Shown here in pieces: positions 49,751 through 63,314 of a DNA stretch of 64,000 nt (position 1 is the first letter of the stretch; every line of letters starts with the position of its first letter). This DNA is from Antedon mediterranea (taxonomy: Eukaryota; Animalia; Echinodermata). A program made the translations under genes and the position numbers. The notes beneath the pieces are model-generated. The model saw only the letters and a list, made by a program, of their open reading frames with translations, was not told the DNA's origin and did not search any database. The stretch spans positions 16,700,101-16,764,100 of the forward strand of contig NC_092677.1 in the NCBI RefSeq assembly GCF_964355755.1. The letters run 5' to 3'.

Positions 49751-52700
49751 AAGGTCTGTCTACACTATCAAAATTGATGTGTCAAAAAATGTGATGTGCC
49801 TATACAGTTGAACCTCTGTAAGCAGTCACCTCCCGTAAGCAGTCACCTCCCGTAAGCAGCCACCTCCCTTAACGGCCTTACCTTTGCAGTTTGTATCAAA
49901 GGTCCACCAGCACCACATCCAACGTCCAGTACCCTTTGACCTGGCTGAAGGTTAAGCTTTTTAAGACATTCCTAAAATGAAAAAAAAAAAAACAATGCTG
50001 AAACTTGGTGAAAATAAAAGAGTTACATTTTGATGAAAATTAGATGGCAGAAGTCACAAGGCATTCCATAGGTACTAATTGCCAGTGATCATTCAACCAT
50101 GAGCATAACATAAAACAAAGCTATGTAGAATTAAAAATGAATTTATCCGAAAATTAAAGTATTTAGAATAGCAATAAGTTCAAAATTATTGTAATTAAAC
50201 AATAATAAAAATAGTTACATGCAAACACAAACAAAAACTAAACTCACTTCTGTTACGTCTGCTCCACCAGTGCTAATAAACCCAGGATCACCCTCACGAC
50301 TAAAGACTTTATCAAAGATGCGTAAAATCTTTGTGGTGTAAGTTCTGTCGTTAAGAACATCTTGCAAACTGTCAAGACGTCTGTCTAGCTTAGGATCCAA
50401 TAGAACCTTCTTGAATACGCTGCTGTAGAGCATGTGATTATCCTAAAAATAAACAAGGAGTAATATTATGAGATGCGTGTACACTATTTTTCTCGTTCCT
50501 ATATTTTTTTCTGCTTTCATAGACTTTATACTTAATAATATATACCCTTCAGAATTGCCTTTGTATAATAAGGCTTAGTAAATATATAAAGTATACTGCA
50601 ATTTAAACAAACAGTGATGTTTGGCAGTTTATAATACCAACTTGTAATGCCATTTTATATTTATCACAGATGATGGTGATGAAGTTGCAGTATAGAAGTC
50701 AAGGTATAAGAATAGTATGTTTATGCTACGAAATAAAAAGTTTGTAGAATGTTGGTCTAGGTGAAATCTACAAGTTTGGAGTAGGTGTCTGGTCTTGATG
50801 GTACAGTACACAATTTTATGTCGGTGATGTATTTCACAAAATAGCTTGTGAGATCAGCCAAATTTAATTTCATCATGCAAATCAAATAACAATGGGTGTT
50901 TTTCAAGGAAGACTAGAGAGATAATGATTTTGTCAGGTAGTAAGAATAACTTATAATATCAATAAATTTAACTCACCTCATATTTTTCTATTGTTCGTGA
51001 TGCCACAAAAACAAATCCAAAAGACTTTACTGATGGTGTTGATTTAAGAACTTTGTCAACACTGTAGGTAGTTGGCTCAGGTTGATTCTCTAAAGCTAAA
51101 ATGCAAATAGTTATTACAATTTAGATTTAGTTTCAATTGTAATCCCACCACACACACTTTTATTAAGTGATTAAAATTAATGATAAACTTTATTTCAGCA
51201 ATAAAAACTCAGAAAGAAGAAAGTGACATAAACATATAGGAGATCAAATACAAATATATTCCCAATTAAGTCAATTAAGTGGAATCTAATAAGAAGTGAA
51301 AATAATTGAAAAAAACTCCACAGTACAGTTAGTATATTCAGGGTTTACAACTCCCTGGTATATTGATGTACATCTCTAAGATGTGACCAAATAGCAAATT
51401 AAATTAATTTTATCGGATTACGAATATGAATACTAATATTTCACTGAATACTATGTTGAATAGTCACATTAAATGTTAGAAACAATAAATCAGGAATTGT
51501 ATGACAATTGTTCTCAAACTATATACTGTACTTTGTTTTGTGTGGTTTAATAAACAACAGTTTGCATTATGATCCATTTTTCAAGTTTATTATATGCGCC
51601 CTTATATAGATTTTACTCCAAATCTGTCATCTTTTTTTTCATTAGGGGCCTTCCATATCTACAGTATCACAAATGTAAATCCATTGTACAAAGAAAAGGT
51701 ATGAAAAGTACAATAATTGGGTCAATAGGGGAAGATTTAATAATAATTATAGTATTATGCTGTTTAATGGTAAATGCTAGTACACCACAATATATCTATC
51801 TATAAATAATAGCACTAAGCCAAAATGTGTTCCTCTATCTCCTCCTAAACCGCACGTCCGATACCAGGACCGTTCGAGCTGGGGCACATTTTAATTCCCT
51901 TTTATCAATTAGTCTCTATTAGAACGGAAAATCCTCGGCCGTTTCCCCGCTAGCAAAATCAATTCAGCATGCAATATACAATTAACAATTAAAAAAAGTG
52001 TCACTCATGCAATTGGCGACCATGCTGTACTGAATTATTTTGAACATAAATCCTGAACAGGATGGAGGTATACCGTAGTTCCCCGGGTATAATCCCACCC
52101 CCCTTGTACGTGAAATTTGCCCGAATTTGGGAGGTGGGACTATACCCGGGGATTTCCCGCTGCATGAACTGAAAATGATATTTCTTCTAGCTACGATTTA
52201 GGCTATCTAAAAGCTATATTCCGATGTAGGCCTAGCAATTAGACGGCCAGGCCATCTAGGCCTAGGCGGCCTAATTGGTCTTACCTGTGCTATGCCTACC
52301 GTATAGATTTTCCCCGAGATTTCTACTTAAAAAATACCCTAAAATGTGATCTAGGCCTAGCTTCCTAAATCGACATGAACTCGATCGATACATGTTCACT
52401 CACACGCTCGAGCTCTCTGTGTAAATCGCATGTTGTTGCATGTGACACAAACTCTACTGTGCACAAGCTGGTCGGTATAGAGGGCGGTGTTTTTTTTTAC
52501 GGTAATCAAGCATGCACAGTAGTGTAAACAACAAGAAAGAATGTACACGACGGCGAAAGGATGTACAGAACGTGACGATCGGGGCCTTAAGGTTGTATTC
52601 AACTTAACAATGTTTGATGAGTTTTAAGTCAGCCAAATTCAGAGAAATCACTATTTTTTTGGTGAGAAATTGACGTCGGCCTAGCTAGCTACAGTAAGCC

Positions 52701-55303
52701 TAGGCCCACCTCTGGCCTAAAGTAAAATTATACACTGGGACTTTGCCCGGGGATATGCTTGCGTGTGAAGGTAATCGTAAAGTCGGGGGTGGGATTATAC
52801 CCGAGGTGGGATTATACCCGAGGAACTACGGTAGTAATCTCATGCCCAATTATTTATTAAAAAATACAAGATAATACCTATCAATCTATAGTAAGTACAA
52901 TATTTATAAGTTTGAATAGTAAACAGACAGGCCGAGCAACAACTGGTGCTCACCAGGGTTTGGCAAGGGCGTATCCCCACACTTCGGTTTAGCTTTTTTC
53001 CTCGGTTTCTACTTTATGATCAGCGCTTAGAAAGGTTTCACAACCTACAGCGCTTTATTAATTCGTGATACTATAATGTAAATACTCTGCGTACTATTTG
53101 TTGGACTCTCACAATGACGCGCCATATACACTATCCATTTCAATGCACTTAATTTATCATGGTGCCCGTCCATTGGACGTCTACCTGCTAGTATCTAGTA
53201 TTGATATTGAATAGGGCTACGTACATTCATCAATTTGAGCACATTTGGTTACAAGCATAACATAGCCATCAGGAAGAAGACAAGACAAACACACTGAAGC
53301 AAACTCAGCATCAATTACTCCATTATAGAGAACAAGCGAACAGCTACATGAAACAAAGCAACAATTAGTACAGGTTTGTGTCAAATTATAACATTAATAC
53401 AGAGAAAATGCAGTGACAAGACATGGAACAAATTAGTATTTAAGGAATGTGTCAAAAGTTAAATAGATATTCCAGAGAACAGGTGAACAGCTACATGAAT
53501 AAAAAAAAACAAATAGTATTTAAGGATTTGTGTCAAGGTCAAATTATAAACTACATAGAGCAGTAAAGGTATGTGTCAAAGGTTAAATTAAAGAAATAAA
53601 AAACTGTATGAAACAAAAAAGTTAAGGTACTTAAAATTATCAATTACAGAAAGATGATACACATTCATGTATTTAAATAAATCATGGATTTATAAACATG
53701 TAACTTTTTCTTTTATAATATATACCTTAGGTTATTTATGTCTTCTGTCTTTATACACTCCACTTCACAGTGCTGAATACTGTCTATAGCAGTAGTCGAT
53801 GATTTGCCATTGTCAAGTACTAGCAATTTGTCAGCTCTATTACTAACCGTGCTTAAAAGATCTCTAAAAAAAGTTTAATTGTTTATTGGTCAGCTACAAG
53901 ATAAGCCTACTTTACTATAGAATTAATAAGGTCATTAATTAACAGAAAATAATGACCAGAGAAAATATGAATATGAGTTAGTGTTTACAGACCGACCGAA
54001 ATTGCTGAAAGTGATTTTAAAAACATTTTTAAAAACATTAATATTTGCCTCCAATATATCCAATGTCAAAATAAAGAAAGAATATGAATATGAATTGAGA
54101 AAAATGTAACCATCGACTTGAGGATGTGTGTTATCTTAAAGACCATATGTCAATTGTTTTTCTAGCCAGTACTAACTACCTATTATTTTTTAAGCTTTAT
54201 TCAGTTTATTGCAATTATTCAGCAAGCTTCTTTTTTTAAACAAACGCCGCTCGACATTTTAAAATGAATCATTGTTTTTTCTTCAGATATTTTTATGATT
54301 AATAAAAAGATGTGGTTTAATCACAAAAGTACATACAAATCAAAGATAGTTCTTTAATTATGATTCACATGCCCATTTAAAAATGGTCAATTTTGAACTT
54401 TAATGTGCTGTGTGTGTGTGACCTCAACATGTTGGCATGCAACTGAATACCCTCTAGAGACAACGTGACTTCACGAAAATTCTTCCCAGTCTGTTGATTC
54501 GCGTCAACCAATCAAAGGGCGAGAATCCAAAATCGTTAACCGTGAGCCCTAATAGACTCTCTTTTCCCAGACGTATTTGGGTTCAGCAGCTGGGATCTAT
54601 AAATTATAGTCGAGTTTACAAAGTCATAAAACTGTCAGCCTTAGATACTATAACTGCTGCTTGCTTTAGCTTATGAATGAGTAGTCCTCATGGGACGTAG
54701 CTGGCTAGAGCTGCAGCATGAAAAATGTTATTATGAACTTGAACTTGAAGTGAAGATAGGCCTAACTAGGCTTAAGAGGTAAACACTTACTTGTTAATTC
54801 CATCAATACAAACAATTAAAGCACTGCCACCCACGAAGTCTCCCGGCAGAAGTGAAATCAAATTTTTAGGGCTCTGTCAAAAAAAACAAAAAACATTTTT
54901 TTTAAATATGACAACACTTCATTTAAATTAAAATTATACACAAAAGCAATCAAATTGATTCCCTTCTAAAAAGTGTCCCTGAACTACTACCACTACTACT
55001 ACCAGGTCTAGGCACAGTCGTCTAGGCTAGGTCAGTTAGGCTAGGCCTAGCATTGCCCTTGGGCCTTAAGTTAGCCTTTTGAGGGCAGGAATGACTCTCT
55101 CTGGGCCACTCACATCACTCACTAATAATAACACTAACAGTACCACGCCCCACCCACCTCGTGTAGGTACGTTTGGCGGCCGCCCGTTTGGCTATTACGA
55201 GTTACTTATATAGGCCTAGGACAAGTACCAAAGTTGTAAAGCCTAAAGCATTATCAAACCAAATACAATAATAACTGACCATTTTAGGTGCTACACAAGA
55301 CAT
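47617..55303 (-). CDS. Phosphoethanolamine N-methyltransferase-like protein (~450 aa); degenerate N-terminal domain, intact C-terminal SAM domain
   Basis: 12 GT-AG exons in consistent phase: 55303-55280, 54873-54791, 53863-53726, 53343-53225, 51095-50977, 50442-50248, 49971-49882, 49647-49558, 48936-48814, 48419-48279, 47944-47828, 47730-47617. Motifs GFISTGG, VLDVGCGAGG, FDAIYSKDVILHI, WLKPGGKLLITDYC, WGVF. Confidence 0.9.
49428..49553. repeat. 39 bp minisatellite, about 3 copies
   Basis: aaacattctgcatgagtggccaatatagcagtttaaggt repeated. Confidence 0.9.
49703..49747. repeat. (TA)n microsatellite
   Basis: Pure AT dinucleotide run. Confidence 0.95.
49803..49877. mobile_element. Solo Tc1/pogo-type TIR end with 17 bp subterminal repeats
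   Basis: ta-cagttgaacctc followed by gtaagcagtcacctccc x3. Confidence 0.55.
52071..52833. mobile_element. Tc1/mariner(pogo)-type MITE in a PMT intron
   Basis: TIRs taccgtagttccccgggtataatcccacc / ggtgggattatacccgaggaactacggta, TA at both ends, internal TIR-motif repeats. Confidence 0.88.
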
Positions 55304-56502
55304 GTTAATTCAGAATTTAGTAGACTATAAAGACTAAACTTTTGCTACACCGTCCGTCGTCTCCACTTCGTGTACTTTTTTGTTTGTTTGTTGTTAAAAT
55401 GTTAATCCTAAAGTTGGTGGCGCTGTTCCTAAATACATTCTAAGTTTTTAGTAGCGTGCTTAGTCGCTTGCAACGCGACTCTATAATATCTCCATGTCGG
55501 TCGGTCGTTATTTTCACAGTGGATATTAATACTTGGAGGCAAATATAAATGTTTTAACACATTTTTTTAACATTAATTTTTGTTAACACTTTAAGCAATT
55601 TCGGTCGATAGGCAAAACACTAAATGTCGGTAAACACTTACAAATTTGCGCACACGATTGCAGCCATGTATATGGCCTTGTTTCTAAATCCTTCTTCTGA
55701 TAGGAAAAAAACAATTACGTCACATTAACAAACCATCCTGCCATAAACAGACAAAAATGGAAACAAATTGTGGAAAGCATAATGTTGGAAGACGGAAAAC
55801 ATTAAGAAGGAGAAAAAGATAATGAATAATTATTAGTCTATAAAACTACATTCTTATTACAAATTAAAATAAATATCAATTAAACCCAGCCCCCCCAAAA
55901 AATAACATTTCTCTGTTAACAACAACTGGTAATAAGAAAGAGTGGAGTAGACAACAGATGCAGAAAACTAAAGACTTTATTACTATTATCATTAATAATT
56001 ATAACTCTTTTTTAATAGCAGTATATGTATTTCATTAAGGAGGGAAAAGATATGAAATTAGTCCCGACATAGATAAACAAATGTATGGGACTAGGTTACA
56101 TTTAAAAAGATTTATAAAACTCGTAGATATTGTTCTTCTTTTTTCTGCCTTTTGACTGGTTCAATGGTTAGTTTCGTCATTTTTAAACATTAATGCGAAT
56201 AGTAGGTCTATTATACCCTATTGATGATTTTATGCAATTTGCTTGTACATTCTATTCGTTATTAACTATTTTCTCTTGTTGAATAAATTCAGCTACTAGG
56301 CCTATAAAACATTTATACACACCTAAAACTGTAACTAATTTAAACAGTAAACATTCTCTAATCTGCATTAAAATATTTACACACCTACAAACGCTGAGAA
56401 TCTGTAGATTATTGCCATAGTGATTATCATACAACTATCGATCGGTTAAGATACTGTATTCAAGCACATTGTACGGTGTAACTGCACGAAGTATTCGTTC
56501 TG

Positions 56503-59500
56503 CTAATAACCGTTTTGATTCCCAAATATTTTTTGGATTTGCTCGTTCATCGAATTGATTTTTCCAAGTTCGGTTGGAAATTTGTCTTCCAGAATATTCC
56601 ATATGTATTCGGCTGCAAGAGCATGCGCATTCTGTAAACATAAAATATTTTTAACATTAATGAATGACTTTCAAATTAAGAACAATGTAATGGACGTATA
56701 AACTAGTCCACGAAAGGCAGCGCAATATAAGTGAACTATGATAAAAGGAACCGTCATAAAATAGTGTAATGAAAAATGTAGTTCATTACAAAATAAATCA
56801 GCAGTTTGTGTGAATCGGTCAGACTTAATACCAATTCGTGTTTTGAACACGATATTATATTATCCGATCGATTAAAACTATGAACACACCTGATTTGGGT
56901 GAAATCCATCCACCGGTTCGATAAGTTGCCAAGCTTCTCCTCCTTGCTTTTCCCATGTGTTGACAACTGGCATAAAAACACATTATAAACGGGTTAGAAA
57001 AAATGTAAGTGTACTAAAAATGGAATGGAATCAGGATGCATTCTTATGTGTTCTAAACTAAGATTTTTTAATTTATTACTATCATTACAATAGTATGAAT
57101 GCATACTAAACAATTCAATGTACAGTAGATGGAAATTATAAAAGATTTCTCATTATCGAAGTCTGTTAAACCATATTCCCGTTTCAATTGTAATTTTATC
57201 TCCTTTTCCTTTCATGTTAAAGCTGTTGGTTGTCGTACTCGTAATTCCAAATGTAATCTTCTTTATGTGCCGTATTGTCGTGTTAATGTTACCAAGAATG
57301 GATTTATTTCACGTATTTGTCTTCTTTTTAATAATTGTGTTGTTAAAGATAATTCTATTGATCTCTTTTTTGACCGTTATAATTGTTTTTGTAATAAAAT
57401 TAGTAAAATTGTATAAATTTGTATTGTTAGATTTTAAGATTTATATATATTTTTATATGGTATAGTTTATTCCATTCTGTAAGGGGCGGGTTTCCCGCTC
57501 TTGAATGAGTTTGAATAAAATAAAATAAAATAAATAAAATATTCAATTGACTATAGTTAAACCTAGTCTATACTGGCAAACTCTGGAAAAACTTTCCTGC
57601 CCAACACACATTTGCAAACTAATGTTTCCTAGAAGAACAAATTGATGTAATTTGGAACTTACTAGCATTAAAGTCGAAATCCGTATATTCTACTTTAAAA
57701 TTGTGAAACGTTTGGCTTTGTGATGCTTCCTTCAGTGCCTCACTAAGTTGTTTTGCTCTCTGAAACATAGAAGTTTTATTCAATGAGAATGTATAGATAC
57801 ATATTAATATACAAGATACAAGTTAAGTTAAAGAAAGTAAGTAAGAATCATGTCAAAATGATTTCATTTTTAAAATAAATATATATTTTATTTAAAAATC
57901 TAAGAAGCTTTTAAGGCAGTCATTGTAAAAACAGTGCTTGTATGATTTCACCAAAAACCCGAAAACAAAATGCAGTTTTTGCAGTAACTGCAGTAGAAGT
58001 AAAACTATCTCTAAAAATGGTTCTTTAACTTTTTCTAATTAATTTCTTCGTTATCACGCTTACCTGTGAAGTATAATTTCTAAGGGTTTCATTGGTGGTC
58101 ATCCAGCCGTTGCATGGTGATACTTGTAGACAAGAGAGAAATTCGTAAACATCTTTGTAACGGATGTCGCTGTTGAGTTGACCGATTGGATGAAACCTAT
58201 CTGCCAATGTATTGTACAGTATTCGTCCGTCTACCATTCCCGTCATAAGAACTACACTGCCATTTGGAAGTACCTTATCCTGTAACAACATGGAAAGTTA
58301 TTGGCTAAAGATGTTATGTGTGTTTGATTCTCAGGACGCAACACAAGTAATGTGACCAATCACAAGCAATGAATTATCCGAACTGTCGCTCTGTCATTGG
58401 TCAACTCGATTGCGTTGCGCTTACGTCCTTTACGTCCTGAAACTGTTGATTTGAATATTTTGTATAGACACGGTTTTACTGCAATGGCCAATCGAAAAGT
58501 ACTTACTAAATACTTCAACGTCGATATTGCACTCGCTTTCATATCGGCTGGTTTTGTCATGTGATCAACAGTGTCCGGATGCCTATAACATAATAAATGG
58601 ATATTTCAATCATGTAACTAAATGATAGATTCCATATAATCATACAAAATTGAAACTACTAAACTATCAAGTATTATTACTGGTTAATATAAATCAGATG
58701 GTTGTTATGCATAGATAAATCAAAATTAGTCACATGAACTCACCCGTTGCATACGTCATTTCCGATTAACGAATAAATCACAATTAATGGATTGTCTGCC
58801 TTTGGATCACGTGCAAGACTAATAACAAAAAGTAAAAAGATAAATTTCTTATGGACATTTGTCGCATCTACGTTGGTTTTAATTACCCTTTCCGTTCTCT
58901 CCACAAAACATAGAAAATGTATGTAGGCTATGTATTAAATGTTAGTGTTATTTTGATTATGTGGCGTCCCGTACATGACTTACCTATATTGGATTGATCT
59001 GTTCATTGAAATAGTATCTGCTCCTGTAGATTGAAATATAATCAATGATTCTGTTTGATTGTAATGTACTTAGCATTAAAAATTATTCTAAAAATAATTC
59101 TTCAGTTTAAAAATGTATATAATTAATTCCCAAAAGTAAGTCGTCCTTACCATTAACACCGATGTTCTGAAAATCTCTGTGATTGCATAAGTTTCGTTGC
59201 CGCATTCGTAGATACAACGAGTCTGTTGGACCTCTGTTGTAGAGATAACGGGTAATTAATTGATGCATGTTACCAAAGGGTTGGGATTTTAAAGCACCAT
59301 CCTAAACCCTTAAATTCTTCTCTTCTCTATTTCTTCTAAATCATCAACATTAGGAATGGAACTCTTCAATGCAAATAGCATGTATACAGTGTATCACAAT
59401 GTTTACTGTGTATCACAATGTTTACTTACTCAATAATATTCCATGCCGATGTATTCAGATGCCCTTTGAAAAATAAAAAATATTACAAAATTCTTTAACA

Positions 59501-62500
59501 ATGTTCAAGCAAAATTTATTCCATTTTCCGCAACAAATAAAATTATAATTATATTCCCTTTTCTGAAAAAAAAAAGTTAATAATAAAATGAAATACTGTC
59601 CTCACCGGTTGAGTAGGAAACTTGTGGCCAATCAAATTCATTCTCTATTACCATAGGGGCATGATCGAAAATACTCTGCAAATAAAAACGAGCTAGTTAT
59701 CATACGTATTTTCTTTGGTGTAGAGTCTGGAAGCATTTTAAAGCTTATAAGTCCCTTGTTACTTATCCAATATCTTTTTAGGACACATACTTTGAAGGGT
59801 GATTTTCCAGTGTATTTCGATTGCTGACTTATAATAATACTACGTCATTATAATACATTTATTAAATGTATCCAGGTAAAGCATTACTTTGATCAACTAT
59901 ATAATACATCTGTGTTCATCCCGTTGGCTATAATGCATTCCTGTTTATGTATCCAGATCATTGAGCGTTGTACGATTATCAAACGCGTTGTGAAAGTTCA
60001 TTGTTTTCTAAATAAGTAATTAGTATAGTATAATAAGTATAGTAATTTTGTCTAATTTTGTATAAAATATATGGCATTGCAGGTATACTTATACAAAATA
60101 CAGGCCAACTGTACCTTAGTTACTTCCGTCGGTGTTAGCCACTTTGGTGGGATGTGAAAGTGTGCAGCAGCCGAGTCGCCTAGTATTGCCAAGCCCATTG
60201 GTCTGGAATCTTTGCAAAACAATTGTTCGTAGGACTTTCCAGATTTCGGATCAACGCCCTATAGAAAACATATTTTTTAATAGTGGTTTTTAGCGTTTAT
60301 TTAATTAAATGCATATGTAATTGATTCCACTTTTTCTTTCCAAAAAGGAAAATTACAGAAAAATGAAACAAAACCAATAAGCGCAATCCAATAATAATAT
60401 AAATTGAATTTTATTTACAAAGAAAGATGCAGTATTTTAAAAACACTAAAATGAGAATGCAAAACCTTGAACAAAAGAAATAAAAAGCGGAAAACTAAGA
60501 GGAAATTTTTTTTTTTTTCAGAGCAATCGTACCATGATTCCATTACAATTTGAGTCTTCAACTATATCATCATCAATGGGTCTGAAAGTAAACAATAAAT
60601 ACAAAATTAAACTGAACTTACTTTAGTATCTTAATTTATGGTTAACATTTCTAAAGTTATACGATTTCGACCAAAGGAACGAAATTCAAAGACTACTGGA
60701 TGCCCAGAGACGGTAACAATATGAAACCCTATATGTAGGACCGTAAAATGGAGAAGAACAAAAGAAATAACTAGAACAAATATTAGGAGGAAGAAGTTTT
60801 ATCAAGTTTTACCGAAATACTACGGTACAGTATTCTTTTGGTAGGATGGACATCAAACCCATGATTACATCATAATTAGTAACTGTATTGAGAATCTCAC
60901 CTTCGTCCGGGATAGAAGTCACTTCTAGCATCGTTACAATCTCTGCCACGCCAATGTGATCCACGTAGCGTCTGGAATGAGGATAGACTTGCAAATAAAC
61001 AACTGCTTTTTATACAATATTATGGACATCTTAGGCCGTGTAAAGAACAATTAAAGTAGTCTAATAGTATTTGAGTTCTAATTTTAAGATTCCGCCTCCT
61101 TCTTTTCTGCATGCAAAACATTATGTTAGAAGTGGAGAGCCAAGGAGGGTCAAGAAGAAAGAGGAATACCACGGAATATGACCAACTTCGACTGTATTCA
61201 AATAAGTCATTTGTATGCAACAACCTAATTTGAATAAATATATCTGTGATTGTTTTCACTACATTTTCTGTGTAAATCCACGTTCCAGAAAAAGGTATAT
61301 ATCATAAGATGCCAACCTCAATTACTCCAAGTCAGTACTATCTCGGAGAAGACGGTTGTGCTTCTTGTGTATTTGTTTCACCTGTACCCCTTGAAAGAGG
61401 TATTAGTCGTTGCTAGTTCACCTTTGAAGTAAATACCACTTGAAATCCGTTCTTCCTTTTGCTAATATAATTTATAAACTCGTCATTCTTTTTAAACACA
61501 TTACCTTTAGGTCACTGAATTTGTCGTTGTCAATGTCCTCCACTGGCAGATAATTGTCTATTTGTCTGTATAAGGCCAAGAAAGAAGTAAGCATCATATT
61601 AATAATTAGAAAACAATGCCTACTGTATTTGCATAAAATGTTAAGACACAATATTTTTTTATTCAAAGACATTACTTACGAATATATATCTTGGCACAAT
61701 GCCTTTAAAACAGGAAGAGAATCGCATATATTATCTCGTAGCTTTTTAACCTGCGAAGTAGAAAAATAAATTTTTTTTTTTTAAAGTTGCATAACAATTT
61801 AGGAGTTTTTATTGGTAAATATATTAGTTCTGTTTACCAGGTAATTAACAAACTCTGTCATTTATCCTGTAACTTAAATTCCTTCAATCACTCACCGCAA
61901 AAACTATTTTAAGAAAAACAAGATAAAGCTTTTTTTCATGGTAATAATAAAATCTTTAATAAAAAAAATAGCCGTATACAGTACTACTCACACAATCAAA
62001 AGTTAGCAATAATTATTTGTATTTTTACCGTATGTGCACTGACTTTCTCCTTCCATTGATCATGTCGGCCAAGACTCTTATCAATGCTGTATGGTGTCTT
62101 TGGATATAAATGACATTCTTTCTGCCCTGGATCGGTTTTGCAGATTCCGAGGGCGTGACAAGCCACGTCGCCATCGACGTCTTTTTCAAAACTGTAAAAT
62201 GCACAACGAAACATCAATAGCTATTGGCTATACGCCGTCGCGATGACTACAAAACCACCATTATCTTTGCACATAAATAATCCACTTACATTTTTATCAA
62301 CGTCGGTGTTGCTATTGCTACAACAATTCGACAAGGGTTGTCAAAACTTTCTGAAAAAAAAGGTACAGCAGTCTACAATAAAACAATATTGTTTACACTG
62401 TTCATAGCGATAGCATATTATTTCTGATAGGTTTGGAGAGGGAGGTACAGACTGTGTAACACAGTAGATATGAACAATAAGTATAAGCTTTTTAAAAACC

Positions 62501-62933
62501 AACAAAGCATAACAAACACTATTTTATAATTTTATATTCATATTATATTCATTCACATTTTTATTTGAAACAGTCCAGGAAAAAATTCATACATTTACAG
62601 TAAGTTAAATGATAACTTAATTTTATTTTGATTTTGAACAAAAAAAACAAGCAAAGGGAACAAGCTATCCGTTTAAACGTGAAGCGGTTACATAATAAAA
62701 ATAATAACTTTATTTAAAAACGGATGCAACACTTGGATCAACAGATTGGTGTTTTCACATCTCCAACTGTATTTATTTAACGGTAAATAAATATTTTTAC
62801 TAGAAAGCTGTATTTCTTAATTGATTAACAAACTTACTTGGAAGTAAATCGCAAAGTTTTAATAACGAATCGACAACCGTCTCATTCTGGATCTGGGCCA
62901 ACTGCTCTCCGAGAGATACCAACAAAGTACAAG
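56503..62933 (-). CDS. AOAH: Acyloxyacyl hydrolase (saposin B + GDSL lipase); 5' exon(s) not located, probably outside the window
   Basis: Many exons: CTLLVSLGEQLAQIQNETVVDSLLKLC, DVACHALGIC, TLRGSHWRGRDCND, DSNCNGI, AILGDSAAAHFHIP, NEFDWPQ, RNLCNHRDFQNIGVN, LIGNDVCN, SPCNGWM, WQLIEPVDGFHPNQ, IFGNQNGY*. Confidence 0.95.
57150..57538 (+). mobile_element. 3' end of a 5'-truncated LINE (CR1/Jockey group) in an AOAH intron
   Basis: RTRNS..LLYVPYCRVNVTKNGFISRIC..FN...IDLF ORF2 tail, 3' UTR stem gggcggg/cccgctc, (AATAA)n tail. Confidence 0.7.
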
Positions 62934-62953
62934 CTATGAAATGGAAATTGTAA

Positions 62954-63314
62954 AGCGTGGTTCCCACTAGCGACGCAACACAAGGACGTAACGCAACGCA
63001 AGTGAATTGACCAATCACAAGCGATGGCTTATTCGCTTGTGATTGCTAAAGCTTGGTTCCCACTAGAACGTAACGCAAGGACGTAAACTCAACGCAAGCG
63101 AATTGACCAATCACAAACGATGGCTTATTCGCTTGTGATTGCTAACTGTCTATAACTTCGCTTGTCATTGGTTAAAACGCTTGCGTTGCGTTTACGTCCT
63201 TGCGTTACGTTCTAGTGGGAACCAAGCTTGACTGTCTATAACTTCGCTTGTCATTGGTTAAAACGCTTGCGTTGCGTTTACGTCCTTGCGGTACGTTCTA
63301 GTGGGAACCAAGCT
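62954..63314. mobile_element. PIF/Harbinger-like MITE containing a nested copy of itself (63050-63228); related remnant near 58330-58440
   Basis: TIR agcttggttcccactag ... ctagtgggaaccaagct on both inner and outer copies; TNA trinucleotide flanks. Confidence 0.85.

Noticed and set aside
50629-50811. Extra PMT exon (INIKWHYK resembles the PMT interdomain motif)
   Set aside because: No suitable in-frame acceptor, and the flanking exons already join in phase
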